In this document: piece after piece, positions 1-18,567 of the stretch | Position numbering within the stretch: position 1 is the stretch's first letter | How the letters are laid out: each line of letters starts with the position of its first letter | NCBI GenBank assembly: GCA_963740355.1 | Contig: CAVUDW010000002.1 | Coordinates: 288,001 to 352,000 of the forward strand | DNA from: an uncultured Gemmatimonadaceae bacterium | Lineage (GTDB): Bacteria; Gemmatimonadota; Gemmatimonadetes; Gemmatimonadales; Gemmatimonadaceae | DNA: 64,000 nt | Reading direction: 5' to 3' | Made by a program: the position numbers and the translations under genes | The notes under the pieces: generated by a model | Databases searched by the model: none | What the model was told of the DNA's origin: nothing | Seen by the model: only the letters and a program-made list of their open reading frames with translations

Positions 1-2
1 TG

Positions 3-2183
3 TTCGAGGATCTGTCGCTGGTCACCTTGCCGCGTGTGGCACCGGCCCCTAACCGCGTGGAGATCGAGATCCACGCGGCCGGACTCAATTTCCGCGACGT
101 GATGAACGCCGTGGCGATGCGTGACGACGACGAACCGCTGGGCGGTGAATGCGCCGGCCGCGTGGTGGCCGTGGGCGAAGGCGTCACGGAATTTGCCGTC
201 GGGGATGCCGTGGTGGCGATCGCCGAGGCGGCGTTCAGCACGTTTGCCACGGCTGATGCGGGGCATGTTGCGCCATTGCCGAGTGGGCTGAGTTTTGCCG
301 AAGCGGCAACGCTGCCGTTCGCCTTCATGACCGCCCATCACGCATTGTACGGGTGCGCGAAGTTGCAACGCGGCGAGACGGTCTTGATTCATGCGGCGGC
401 GGGTGGCGTCGGACTCGCTGCGGTCCAGCTGGTGCAGTCGGCCGGCGGCGACATCATCGCCACGGCCGGCAGTGAGAGCAAGCGCGCGTTCCTGCGTCAG
501 CTTGGTGTGGAGCATGTCTTCGATTCCCGTTCGACTTCGTTTGCGGCTGATGTCATGCGTGTCACCGACAATCGGGGCGTCGATGTCGTGCTCAACTCGC
601 TGGCGGGCGAATTCATTCCCGCCAGCGCGTCGTGCCTCACGCCAACCGGTCGATTCCTCGAGATCGGCAAGCGCGACATCTGGTCCGATGCCGACTTCAC
701 GGCGGTGCGTCCGAACGGCGCCTACTTCGCGATCGATCTCGCCAGGGTTCGCCTCGAGTCGCCGGCCGAATCGCACGCGCTCTTCCGCGCCACGATTGCA
801 GAAGCCGCAGCGGGGCGAATCCGTCCGCTGGCCTTGCGCGCCTTCCCGTTGCACCAGGCCGCCGCGGCGTTCCGCTTCATGGCGCAGGCGCGCCATATCG
901 GCAAGATCGTGCTGGTGCCGGAGGGGGCCACACGCGGGGCGCTCGATCGCCTCGTCCCGGATGCGACCTACCTGATCACCGGCGGCCTGACCGGCATTGG
1001 TTTGCTGACCGCGACGCATCTGGTCGCACGCGGCGCCAGGCACTTGATGCTGGTCGGTCGCCGCGCGCCGAGTGATGCGGTCATGACCACCCTGGCAGCG
1101 ATGCGCGATGCCGGTGTCGAAGTGCGCACTGCGTCGGTGGATATGGGCAGCGCCGCGGATGTTGACCGGTTGCTGCGCGACGTCGCTGCCTCGATGCCGC
1201 CGCTGCGTGGCGTGATCCACTCCGCCGGTGCGCTCGACGACGGCGCATTGCTACAGCTCTCGTGGCCGCGCTTCGTGACGCCGTTGAAGGCCAAGATGGA
1301 TGGATCGTGGGCCCTGCACGTGCACACACGACACCAGCCGTTGGACTTCTTCATCATGTATTCGTCGGTGGCCTCGGTGCTGGGTTCGTCAGGACAGAGC
1401 AACCACAGTGCTGCCAACGCCTTCATGGATGCGCTGGCATTCCATCGCCGCGCCGAGGGGCTGCCTGCGACCAGCATCAGCTGGGGTGCGTGGAGCGAAA
1501 TTGGTGCGGCGGCGGATCGTCGCGTCGACCAGAGTGTGGCGGCGCTCGGCATCGGTGTGATCACGCCGACGGCCGGCCTGCAGATGCTCGATATGGTAAC
1601 ACGTGGCGATGCCGCACACGTGACGGCGCTGCCAGTGCAGTGGCTGCAGTTGCGCGCACATCGGCATCCGCGGAATGGCTCGCGGTATCTGGATCGGGTG
1701 GCACACGCGGCCGTGGTGGCGCCATCGGCACGCCCGCAGGCTGCCGCAGGGACGCAGCGCGGCGCGTCGGCAGTGGACCTCGACGCCCTGCGCGATGCGA
1801 CGCCAGCCCGTCGCCACGCGGCGATGCTGGCGTTCGCCGGTGACCACGTGGCACGCGTGCTCAGTGCACCGTCGGCACAATCCATCGACGTCGACCAGCC
1901 GCTCAATGAGCTGGGCCTCGATTCACTGATGGCCGTCGAGCTTCGCAATCGACTCAGCCGCGGGTTGCAGCTCGAACGCAGCCTGCCTGCCACGCTCGTG
2001 TTCGATCATCCAACGCTGGATGCCATCGCTCGTTTCCTCGTCGATACCGTATTGCCCGGTGGCGTGGACGCGGATGTGCCAGCACCAGCCGTCGCCGTGC
2101 CCACCGACGCCGTCGGTGCCATCGATGACCTTACTGACGAACAGATCGACGCCATGTTCGCCAACCGCATGCGCAACTCATAG
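3..2183 (+). CDS. Type I modular PKS, C-terminal part (ER-KR-ACP); 5' truncated by the window
   Basis: Frame open from position 3. ER motifs GLNFRDV and LIHAAAGGVG; KR motifs YLITGGLTGIG and HSAGALDDG; ACP motif LGLDSLMAVELRN; acidic C-terminal docking helix. Confidence 0.95.
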   Translation, partial: FEDLSLVTLPRVAPAPNRVEIEIHAAGLNFRDVMNAVAMRDDDEPLGGECAGRVVAVGEGVTEFAVGDAVVAIAEAAFSTFATADAGHVAPLPSGLSFAEAATLPFAFMTAHHALYGCAKLQRGETVLIHAAAGGVGLAAVQLVQSAGGDIIATAGSESKRAFLRQLGVEHVFDSRSTSFAADVMRVTDNRGVDVVLNSLAGEFIPASASCLTPTGRFLEIGKRDIWSDADFTAVRPNGAYFAIDLARVRLESPAESHALFRATIAEAAAGRIRPLALRAFPLHQAAAAFRFMAQARHIGKIVLVPEGATRGALDRLVPDATYLITGGLTGIGLLTATHLVARGARHLMLVGRRAPSDAVMTTLAAMRDAGVEVRTASVDMGSAADVDRLLRDVAASMPPLRGVIHSAGALDDGALLQLSWPRFVTPLKAKMDGSWALHVHTRHQPLDFFIMYSSVASVLGSSGQSNHSAANAFMDALAFHRRAEGLPATSISWGAWSEIGAAADRRVDQSVAALGIGVITPTAGLQMLDMVTRGDAAHVTALPVQWLQLRAHRHPRNGSRYLDRVAHAAVVAPSARPQAAAGTQRGASAVDLDALRDATPARRHAAMLAFAGDHVARVLSAPSAQSIDVDQPLNELGLDSLMAVELRNRLSRGLQLERSLPATLVFDHPTLDAIARFLVDTVLPGGVDADVPAPAVAVPTDAVGAIDDLTDEQIDAMFANRMRNS

Positions 2184-8898
<6,715 letters not shown>

Positions 8899-8902
<4 letters not shown>

Positions 8903-11900
8903 CCGAACCGCAGCAACCCGACTACCGCGCCCTCCTCAAGCGATCCCTCGTTGCCATCGACAAGCTCGAAGGCAAGCTGGCGGCGATCGAGAGTGCGAAA
9001 GCCGAGCCGATTGCGGTCGTGGGCATGGCCTGTCGCTTTCCCGGTTCGTCCAACGACCTCGCGAGTTTCTGGAAGCTGCTGCACACCGGCACCGATGCGG
9101 TGACGGTGGTCCCGGCACATCGTTGGGACGCCGAGGCGTCGTACGATACTGATCCCGATGTGGTGGCGAAGAGCTACACCAAGTGGGGCGCGTTCATCGA
9201 CGAAGTCGAGACTTTCGATGCCTCGTTCTTCGGCATCTCACCGCGCGAGGCCGTCTCACTCGATCCGCAGCAGCGGCTGCTGCTCGAGGTCACGTGGGAG
9301 TCGCTGGAGCATGCAGGCATCGCGCCGTCGTCGATTGCGGGGACGCGCGCGGGCATCTTCGTCGGTATCTCGACGCTCGACTACGCCAACATGATCGGCG
9401 AGCATGTGGGCCTGAGGAACGGTGATGCGTACTCCGCCTCGGGATCCGCGCACAGCATCGCATCAGGACGCCTCTCGTATTTCCTCGGGGTCCATGGCCC
9501 GAATTACGTCGTCGACACGGCCTGTTCCTCATCGATCGTCGCAATCCACAATGCGATCATCTCGCTTCGCAACGGCGAGACGGGGCTGGCGATTGCGGGT
9601 GGCGTGAGCCTCACGTTGTCCGACGTCGGCTCGATCCTGACGTCGCGCGCCCGAATGATGTCGTTCGACGGCCATTGCAAGACCTTCGACGAGTCGGCTG
9701 ACGGCTATGTGCGCGGCGAAGGCTGTGGCATGGTGGTGCTGAAGCGTCTCAGCGACGCGGAACGCGACGGCGATCGAATCCTTGCCGTGCTCCGAGGCTC
9801 CGCCATCAACCAGGATGGGCGGAGCAGCGGGCTGACCGCGCCGAACGGCACCGCGCAGGAAGCCGTCATCCGTGATGCGCTGAGCAATGCCCGCCTGTCC
9901 CCGAAAGACATCAGCGTCATCGAGGCACACGGCACCGGTACGCCCCTTGGTGATCCAATCGAGATGAAGGCGCTCGGTGCCGTGTTCGGCGACCGGTCGA
10001 CGGACAAGGCGTTGCTCGTGGGTTCCGTGAAGACGAACATCGGCCACCTCGAAGCCGCGTCCGGCGTGGCAGGCCTGATCAAGGTGATCCTTGCGATGCG
10101 CGCCGGCGTGGTGCCGCCGCACCTGCACTTCAAGAACCCCAATCACCTGATTCCATGGGATGCCCTGCCGGTGCGTGTGCCGACGGCACCGACCGAGTGG
10201 GTCACGGAACCTGGCGTGCCACGCCGCGCCGGCGTCAGTTCGTTCGGCTTCAGCGGCACGAACTCACACCTCATCGTCGAGGAGGCGCCGGCCCCGAAGC
10301 TTGGCGCGCAAGTCGGACGCATCGCCAGGCCGCAACTGCTCGTCCTCTCGGCGCAGACGACGACCGCGCTTCGCCAGCAGGCCGAGCGATACGCGGCGTT
10401 CCTGCAGCTTGCGCAGGGTGTCGAGCTTGGCGACATCGCGTTCACGGCCGCGACCTGTCGCTCACACCTCCCCGAGCGCCTGACGCTGGTGGCTGAGGGC
10501 GCGGACAGCGCGGCCGACCAGTTGTCGCGCTTCGTGGCCGATGAAGAGGTGCCGGGCCTGGCCGTTGGTCGATTCACCTCCGGTACGGCGCCGGAGATCG
10601 GCTTCCTCTTCTCCGGTCAGGGCGCGCAGTATCCGGGCATGTCGCGCGAGCTCTACGAGACGGAACCCGTCTTCCGCGCGGCATTGGATGCGTGCGCCAC
10701 GATCGCCGACGGCCTGCTGCCGTCACCGCTGATTCCCGTCATCCTCGGTGATGAGGGTGTGCGTGAACTCCTCGACGACACGGCCTTCACGCAGCCTGCA
10801 TTGTTCGCGGTGGAATACGCACTGGCGCAACTCTGGAAGTCGTGGGGCGTCGAGCCTGCGATCGTGATGGGGCACAGCGTTGGCGAATACGTCGCGGCGT
10901 GCCTCGCCGGTGTCTTCTCGCTCGAGGATGGCCTGCGACTGATCGCAGCGCGTGGTCGCCTGATGAGCGTACTGCCGCGTGACGGCTCGATGGTGGCGGT
11001 GTTTGCCTCACGCGAGCGCGTAGCGTCGGCACTGCGTGGCCATGAGGCGGATGTGGACATCGGTGCCGTCAATGGCCCGACCAACACCGTCATCTCTGGT
11101 CGGACACACGCCGTCGATGCGATCCTCAACACGCTGGCCGCTGAAGGCATCGAGTTCGCACGGCTCAACGTGTCGCACGCGTTCCACTCGCCGCTGATGG
11201 ATCCGATGCTCGACGAGTTCGAGCGTATCGCGTCCACTGTCACCTACGCCGCGCCTTCCATCGGGCTCGTCTCGAACGTGACCGGCCGCATGGCGGGTGC
11301 CGAGGTGGCCACGGCTGCGTACTGGCGGCAGCATGTGCGCGCTGCGGTGCAGTTCACCGATTCCATCGCCACGCTGCACGCGGAGAACATCCACACCTTC
11401 CTCGAGATCGGCCCATCGCCGGTATTGGTGGGCATGGGGCAGCGGTGCGACGGTGCAGAGCAGTCCAGCTGGTTGCCGTCACTGAAGAAGGGTCGCAGTG
11501 ATCGCGCGTCGATGCTCGAAAGTGTCGGTCGACTGCATGTTGGCGGGCAGCCGATTGCCTGGAGTGCCGTCTGCGACGCCGGTGCACGTCGCGTGGACCT
11601 GCCGACGTATCCCTTCCAGCGTGAGCGCTACTGGTTCGACTCGATGTACCGGCCGCCCGTACAGCAAGCCGTGTCCGGCCGTTCCACTGGGCATCCGCTG
11701 CTCGGTGACCGGATTGCGAGCCCGATGCGGCTGTACCAGACGGCGCTCTCGATCGCGACCACCCCCTGGCTCTCCGATCACCGCATCTACGAATCTCCGC
11801 TCTTTCCCGTCACCGGCTTCCTCGAACTGGCGATGGCTGCGGGCCGTCATGCCATTGGCACCGATGATGTGGCGCTCTCCAACGTCTCGCTGCGCGAAGG

Positions 11901-14900
11901 GCTGACCATTCCCGAACCCGGCGCCGTGACGATGCAGGTGATCGTCACACCGCACGACGATGGGACGCAGCAGGTGCAGGTGTTCAGTGATACCGCCGAC
12001 GATGCGGATGGCGCGGGCGAGACGGAGTGGCGGTTGCACCTCTCGGCGACTGTCGCGCGTTCCTCCGTCGCGGCACCACCGGCGGGTCTGCGAGCCCTGC
12101 CGAGCGAAGGCCGCAGCGAGCGTGATGTGCCGGAGTACTACAAGAAGTTGCACGAGCAGGGTGCCTACTACGGTCCTGCCTTCCGCGGAATCACGTCGAT
12201 TGCGCGCAGCGCTGATCAGGTGCTCGGTCACGTGCGCCTGCCTGACGAAAGTGCGACGGACAGCGAGAAGTATTTCGTGCACCCGGCATTGCTCGATTCG
12301 TGTGTGCAGCTGATCGGTGTGGGCCTGCCGTGGGCTGATGATCCGCGCTCGACCGACGATATCTGTGTGCCGGTGGGCCTCGCCTCGTACCATGTCTATC
12401 GGCCCGCGGTCACCGACATCTGGTGTCATGTGGAGTCGGTCCGTCCGAACGCCAGCAACAGCAGCATCACCAGTGACTTCGTGCTCACCGATGTGAATGG
12501 TGAGATCGTGGCGCGCGTCGAGGCGCTGGAGATGCATCGCGTGACGCGGGCAGCGATGCAGAAGGTGAACGACAAGCCGGTCAAGCCTGACTGGATGCTG
12601 GAAGTGGAGTGGCAGGCGTCACCGATGGAGACGGCTGCAATTCCTGCGTCAGGCAAATGGCTGGTGGTGACGGATGGCGGCACGCTGGCTGGCAGCCTCG
12701 CCACACAGCTGGGGGCAAAGGGAGCGTCGGTGTTCGTCGCGTCGCATGCGACGGAGTTCGCCGCCACGGCGGCCGGCTGGTCGATCGACGTCACCGATGC
12801 CTCACACTACAAGCGGCTGTTCGCCGAGGCGTCGACGCGCGATGCAGCGCCATGGCAGGGTGTCGTGTCGATGGTCGGTGCACATCCTGTGCTGGTCACG
12901 GATGACAATGAGACGCTGCACCGCGCGCACACGCTGCGCATCGCGGCGCTGCTGGCGATGTTGCCGGCCGTCGTCGAGGCTGGCGCGCGCTTCTCGATCG
13001 TCACCCATGGTACGCAGGCTGTGGGTGATGTGGTGCCCGATCTCGCCGATGCCCCGATCTGGGGCCTCGCGAACGTGGTGGCGTCGGAATATCCGGCGCT
13101 GCGCGTGACGCGAATCGACATGGACACTGCGCCTCGCAAGGATGACGCGGAGCTGCTGGCGGCTGCCCTGACAATCGGCGACAGTGAGGACCGCGTGGCA
13201 CTGCGCGGCGGGCAACGCTACGTGGCGCGTCTGGCGCAGGGCGTGTTGCGCTCCGTCGACGCCATGCCGCCGCGACGGCTCGAGATCATGGAGCGCGGAA
13301 TCCTCGAGAACCTGCAGCTCAACGTCGTGCCGCGTGAAGCGCCTGGCGTGGGCGAAGTAGAGATCCGTGTCTACGCCACGGGCCTCAACTTCCGCGACGT
13401 GCTCAACGCGCTCGGCATGTACCCTGGTGATCCGGGACCACTCGGAAACGAATGCTCGGGTGTGATCACGGCCGTCGGTGAGGGCGTGGACGATCTGTTC
13501 GTTGGTGATGAAGTGGTGACGATGATCGATCGCAGCTTCGCCACGTATGTACTCGCCCCCGCGATGCAGACCGTGCGCAAGCCAGCGAACCTGAGCTTCG
13601 TGGAGGCGGCGACGATTCCCGTCACCTTCCTCACGGCGGAGTACGCGCTCAGTCATCTCGCGGGCATGAAGGCCGGCGACAAGGTGCTGATCCACGCAGC
13701 GACTGGTGGTGTCGGCATGGCGGCCATTCAGCTGGCGCGTCGCGCCGGCGCCGAGATCTTCGGCACCGCGGGTTCACCGGCCAAGCGCGCCATGGCGCAG
13801 GCGCTCGGCTGTCATCACCTGTCGGACTCGCGCTCGCTGGTGTTCGCCGATGATTTCGATCGCATCACCAACGGTGATGGCGTCGACATCGTGCTCAACT
13901 CACTGGCCGGTGATTTCATCCCGACCAGCCTGCGCCTGCTGAAGCGCGGCGGCCACTTCATCGAGATCGGCAAGACCGGCATCTGGGACAAGGAGACTGT
14001 CGCACAGTCGTTCCCGGGCGTGAGTTATCACCCGCTCTACCTTGGCGAGGTGACGGCGGCCGAACCGCAGTTCATGCGCACCATGTTGCAGCGGTTGATG
14101 GACGATTTCGAGAGTGGTGCGCTCACGCCACTTCCGCAGCGCGTCTATCCGCTGGAGCGTGCCGAAGAAGCGTTCCGCTTCATGGGCCAGGGCCTGCACA
14201 CCGGCAAGATCGTGATCACGCAGCACCGGACGCCCGAAGTCCGTGACGACGCCAGCTACCTGATCACCGGTGGGCTGGGTGGCCTCGGCATCGCCTGCGC
14301 ACAGTGGCTGGCCGGGCTTGGCGCACGCAGCCTTGTACTGCTCGGTCGCCGTGCCCCGACACCTGAGGTGGAACGACAGCTGGCGGAGTTGCGTGCCAGC
14401 GGCGTGACCGTCACGGTGGCTTCATGCGACATCGCAAACGAGCGCGAAATCGCCGAGGTGCTGGAGCTGGTCCGCACGGCATTGCCACCGCTGCGCGGCA
14501 TCCTGCACGCGGCCGGTGTTGTGGACGACGGCATGTTGCCGGAACAGACGGTGGCGCGCTTCGAGCGCGTGATGGCGCCGAAGGTTCAAGGCACCTGGAA
14601 CCTGCATCAGCTCACGCGGTCGCTACCGATCGATTTCTTCGTGCTCTTCTCGTCGGGCGCCGCGTTGCTCGGGTCACCCGGGCAGGGCAACTACGCGGCC
14701 GCCAACAGCTTCATGGATGCCGTGGCCTACGTGCGAGGCGCGCAGGGTCGTCACGGCGTCAGCATCAACTGGGGAAGCTGGGCGGAAGTCGGCATGGCGG
14801 CTGAAGTCGGCGAGGCACATCGTCGCCGCTGGGCATCGCAGGGGCTTGGCATGATCGCGCCCGCCGACGGTGTTCGGATGCTGCAGGATATTCTGCAGCG

Positions 14901-15372
14901 TTCCACCGCACGCAACGTGGCGGCGTTGCCGCTCGACAAGGCTCGCCTGCCGCAAAACCTCGGCGTGTTCTTCGAGCGCTTGCTGGTGAAGGAGTCCAAG
15001 CAGGCCGCGCGCGGTAACACAGCGGGTGTCGACGTACTGCGACAGATCACCGACGCCACTCCCGAGGCACGTGAGGACATTCTCCGCGTTTTCCTCACCG
15101 AGCAGATCGTCCGTGTGCTGGCCCTCTCGTCGGCCAGTCGCGCACGTCCCGATCAGTCGCTGATGGACATCGGCATGGACTCGCTGACGGCGATGGAGCT
15201 TCGCAACCGTGTGCAGGGTGCGGTGAAGGTTCGCCTCTCGGTCGCCGACCTGCTGCAGGGACCGACGATCAATCAACTGACGACGATGATCCTCGGTGAA
15301 CTGGACTTCGGCACTGACGCCGTGGTCGCCGCCGTCGATGCAAGCGCCAGCTGGGAAGAAGGATCGTTGTGA
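8899..15372 (+). CDS. Type I PKS module KS-AT-DH-ER-KR-ACP
   Basis: KS DTACSSS/HGTGT/KTNIGHLE; AT GHSVGE and HAFHS (malonyl-type); DH WLSDHRIY..P and HPALLD; ER LIHAATGGVG; KR GQGNYAAAN; ACP IGMDSLTAMELRN. GTGA overlap with the previous gene. Confidence 0.95.
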
Positions 15373-16286
15373 ACGACGGGGCGTTCGTCGACTCACGGGC
15401 CAAGAGTGTGTCGGGCCCTGATCGTCGGATTGCCATGTTGCTGATGGCCCTCTTCGCCGTGCTCTGGGCGGTGCTCGAGGACGAACTCGGTGTGCGGCTG
15501 CGACATCCCTACGATCTCACGGAGATCGTCTGGTTTCGATATGCCACGCACCTGCTGGTGGTTGGGTTGGTGTGGGGCGTCCGCCAACCCACGACCTTCT
15601 GGCGCACCTCACGCCTCGGACTGCAGCTCGGTCGATCAATCCTGATGCTGATCATGCCGGTGAGTTTTGCACTGGCGGTGATGCAGGGGGCGCCGGCGAG
15701 CGCGGTCTGGGCGGTGTTCTGGTCGGCACCGCTGATGATCGTGTGTTTTGCACGCGTGCTGTCGCCAGAGCGCGTTCCAGCCTGGGTCTGGGCCGTGACG
15801 ATCGCCGCCTCGCTTGGGGCGATCGCGATGGTTGGACCGCGCGGGCTGCCGGGTGGCATGGGCGCCGTCTGGCCAGTGCTGATGGCCGCGTCATTCGCGC
15901 TCTATGTCGTGCTGACGCGCACGCTGCGCACCGAGACGTTGTCAGCGAATCTCTTCTACACGGCCGTGGGTGTGATCATTCCGCTCAGCGTCTATGTGCC
16001 GCGCATCTGGGTCATGCCATCGCGGCATGACGCGGTGATCCTCTTCGGCATTGGGGCGCTTGGTTTTCTCGCGCTGCTGGCGCTCGATCGTGCCGCTGAG
16101 CGCGCCGAGGTGTCGCGTACGGCGGCCTTTCTCACGCTGCAGGTGGCCGCGGTGTTGTTCATCAACTGGTCGCGGCAGACGGCGCAGTTCTCGACAGTGA
16201 CGCTGGTTGGTGCGCTGCTGGTTGTGTCGAGTCTGACCGCGCTCTGGTTCGCCGGCACGCGCGTGAGACTGGCGGATCCCCGATAG
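15369..16286 (+). CDS. EamA/DMT family transporter
   Basis: 305 aa, ~10 hydrophobic segments in two repeats (EIVWFRY, WSAPLMIV..FARVLSPERV). 4-bp overlap with the last PKS gene. Confidence 0.8.
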   Translation: MNDGAFVDSRAKSVSGPDRRIAMLLMALFAVLWAVLEDELGVRLRHPYDLTEIVWFRYATHLLVVGLVWGVRQPTTFWRTSRLGLQLGRSILMLIMPVSFALAVMQGAPASAVWAVFWSAPLMIVCFARVLSPERVPAWVWAVTIAASLGAIAMVGPRGLPGGMGAVWPVLMAASFALYVVLTRTLRTETLSANLFYTAVGVIIPLSVYVPRIWVMPSRHDAVILFGIGALGFLALLALDRAAERAEVSRTAAFLTLQVAAVLFINWSRQTAQFSTVTLVGALLVVSSLTALWFAGTRVRLADPR

Positions 16287-16398
16287 CAGCCAGCTCCCTC
16301 CGGTTGTCCGCGCAAACGCTCGGCGACTGTGGTTGGTATATCAGACGTGCGGCCGAGCGAACCCTCGAGATGGTTGTCGCGCCTCGCACCGCCGAGCA

Positions 16399-16427
16399 TT
16401 GACGACAGGGTTAGTCGGTTATAGGCT
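16399..16427 (+). promoter_or_regulatory. Putative sigma70 promoter for the PepSY-TM gene
   Basis: TTGACG (16399-16404), 17-bp spacer, TAGGCT (16422-16427). Confidence 0.55.
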
Positions 16428-16441
16428 CAGATGTCACTAGT

Positions 16442-16456
16442 TGAAAACACTTCTCA
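16442..16456 (+). promoter_or_regulatory. Fur-box-like 7-1-7 operator
   Basis: TGAAAAC-A-CTTCTCA versus consensus TGATAAT-N-ATTATCA, ending 9 nt before the ATG of an iron-uptake-type gene. Confidence 0.6.
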
Positions 16457-16465
16457 TTTACTTCG

Positions 16466-17707
16466 ATGATTCGTACCGTCCTGTTTTGGCTGCACCTCAC
16501 GGCAGGCGTCCTGGCCGGTGCGATCATCCTGATCATGTCCGTCACGGGCGTCCTGCTGACGTACGAGAAGCAGATGACGTACTGGGCTGACACAAAGCAG
16601 CTAGTGACTCTCAACGCGCCAGCAACGAAGCATTTGAGCGCCGACTCACTCGTTTCTCTCGCGAAGTCTGCGAAGCCTGGCAAGACGCCATCAGCCATCA
16701 CGCTGCGAGCCGATACGACGCAGCCGGCACAGGTCTCATTCGGCCAGGACGGCGTCATCTACCTCGATCCAACCACAGGCGCCGTCCTGGGCACCGGCAA
16801 TGCCGCCATGCGTGGCTTCTTCCGGTCAATGACTAGTTGGCACCGATGGCTCGCCGTCGAGGGGCCGAACCGCGGGATGTTTCGATCAGTGACCGGTGCC
16901 GCGAACCTGCTCTTCCTGATCTTGGTCCTGACAGGCATGGTCCTCTGGCTGCCGAAGACCTGGAGCTGGATCAAGGTCAGGGCCGTGCTCTGGTTCCGCT
17001 CCGGCCTCTCGGGCAAGGCGCGAGACTTCAACTGGCACAACGTGTTGGGGATCTGGAGTGCGGTCCCCCTGATCGCCATCGTCGCGTCAGGCGTAGTCAT
17101 CAGCTACCCGTGGGCAGGTGATCTCGTCTACAGGATCGCGGGCGAGGCACCACCGCCGCGGAATGCTGGCGGGCCTCCCGGTGGTGCTGGTCCGGAGCGC
17201 GGTCCAAGCGGTCCGAGCGGATCTGGCGAACCCCAGATGCGCGTTGGCAAGCCTGCAGCACAGCAGGCCGCTACGCCAGCACCATCGACCACCTACGCGG
17301 CCATGATCGCGACAGCAAGTACGCTGATGCCAGAATGGCGCGCAGTCACCCTTCAGGTGCCGAAAGACGGCGCCAAGACGGTCTCGGTCAGTCTCGACAA
17401 GGGCACCGGCGGGCAGCCACAGCTCCGCTCAACCGTGCAGCTCTCGTCAAGCGATGGGAGTGTCGCCAAGTATCAGCCGTTCGACAGCCTCAGCCCCGGC
17501 CGGCAGGCACGCAACGTCCTGCGATTCACCCACACAGGTGAAGTACTCGGCCTCTTCGGTCAGACGATCGCGGGGCTGGTGTCGCTGGCATCGGTCGTAC
17601 TGGTCGTGACGGGCATCATGCTTTCGATCCGCCGCGCCTCGCGGGCGATCGCGCGCCGCAACAACCCGCGCGCCTCAGCGGGCGCCGTCACCGCTCCGAC
17701 CAGCTGA
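16466..17707 (+). CDS. PepSY-associated TM helix domain protein (PiuB-like iron-regulated membrane protein)
   Basis: FWLHLTAG..SVTGVLL, YLDPTTGAVLG, SWHRWL, FNWHNVLG and RFTHTGE His-bearing TM motifs. Confidence 0.9.
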   Translation: MIRTVLFWLHLTAGVLAGAIILIMSVTGVLLTYEKQMTYWADTKQLVTLNAPATKHLSADSLVSLAKSAKPGKTPSAITLRADTTQPAQVSFGQDGVIYLDPTTGAVLGTGNAAMRGFFRSMTSWHRWLAVEGPNRGMFRSVTGAANLLFLILVLTGMVLWLPKTWSWIKVRAVLWFRSGLSGKARDFNWHNVLGIWSAVPLIAIVASGVVISYPWAGDLVYRIAGEAPPPRNAGGPPGGAGPERGPSGPSGSGEPQMRVGKPAAQQAATPAPSTTYAAMIATASTLMPEWRAVTLQVPKDGAKTVSVSLDKGTGGQPQLRSTVQLSSSDGSVAKYQPFDSLSPGRQARNVLRFTHTGEVLGLFGQTIAGLVSLASVVLVVTGIMLSIRRASRAIARRNNPRASAGAVTAPTS

Positions 17708-18541
17708 ACAACCCGTCCACGCGCGAAGTGAATCCGTCACTGCGCTGAGCGCCAGTTTCGAGGCGACAAGGCCGTTGTGCGTCGCCTTCGGATCACGAAC
17801 GACCGCCCCATTCGCCTGCAGCCCGGCAATGAAGGCGTCGCTATCGCTGGCCTTGATCAGCAGGTCACGTCCACCGACGACGACCATCGAACGCCCCGGC
17901 ACCGCTGACGCATCCTCGATCGGATTGAACGCGAACGCGGTCGTGTCGAACAATCGCGGGCCAATCGCGCCGGCGCGGGCGCGCACCAGCGAGGAGATAC
18001 GCGTGAACGGCGACATGTAGACCGTCGCCGTGGGGTTGTTCTCCCGTGCAACACGGGCTGCCAGTGCCGTGCCCATGGAGTGGCCAACCACCACGATCGG
18101 CGCTGCGGAATCTGCGAGGCGCGCACGCAAGTCGCGGTAGGCGAGCGACGCGTCGGCGTACACTCCCGAGGTGGTCGGCTGGCCTGCAGACCCACCGTAG
18201 CCACGATAGTCCGGGATCAGCACGGAAAAGCCGGCCGCCTGCAGTGCGCGCCCGATCGGGAGCATCTGCGCGCGATTCTTCCCCTTGCCGTGCAGCACCA
18301 GCGCGCCGCCGCACGATGGAGCCCCAGTCGCTGCTGGCCCCCACCACGCAAGCAGACCACCGGCAGAATCGACCCGTGAAATGGTGTCGAGGCGCGCGTC
18401 AGCCCAGCCCCATGCATCAGGCGTCGATCGTTCGGCCCGGATATCCTTCGGCCGAAAGCCAATCGTGTTCGTGAGCGGCCCGCGCAGCACGCAGCCGGTC
18501 AGCGATGCGCTCATCAAACCGAACACGATGGCGCTCCGCAT
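17675..18541 (-). CDS. Alpha/beta hydrolase, probable lipoprotein
   Basis: PDYRGYG, nucleophile motif GHSMG, Asp in GGRDLL, His in ATHN; lipobox LTGC after start MRSAIVF. Confidence 0.8.
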   Translation of the reverse strand: MRSAIVFGLMSASLTGCVLRGPLTNTIGFRPKDIRAERSTPDAWGWADARLDTISRVDSAGGLLAWWGPAATGAPSCGGALVLHGKGKNRAQMLPIGRALQAAGFSVLIPDYRGYGGSAGQPTTSGVYADASLAYRDLRARLADSAAPIVVVGHSMGTALAARVARENNPTATVYMSPFTRISSLVRARAGAIGPRLFDTTAFAFNPIEDASAVPGRSMVVVGGRDLLIKASDSDAFIAGLQANGAVVRDPKATHNGLVASKLALSAVTDSLRAWTGCSAGRSGDGAR

Positions 18542-18567
18542 TCGGTGCTCACCGGCGCCGCTGCCCG

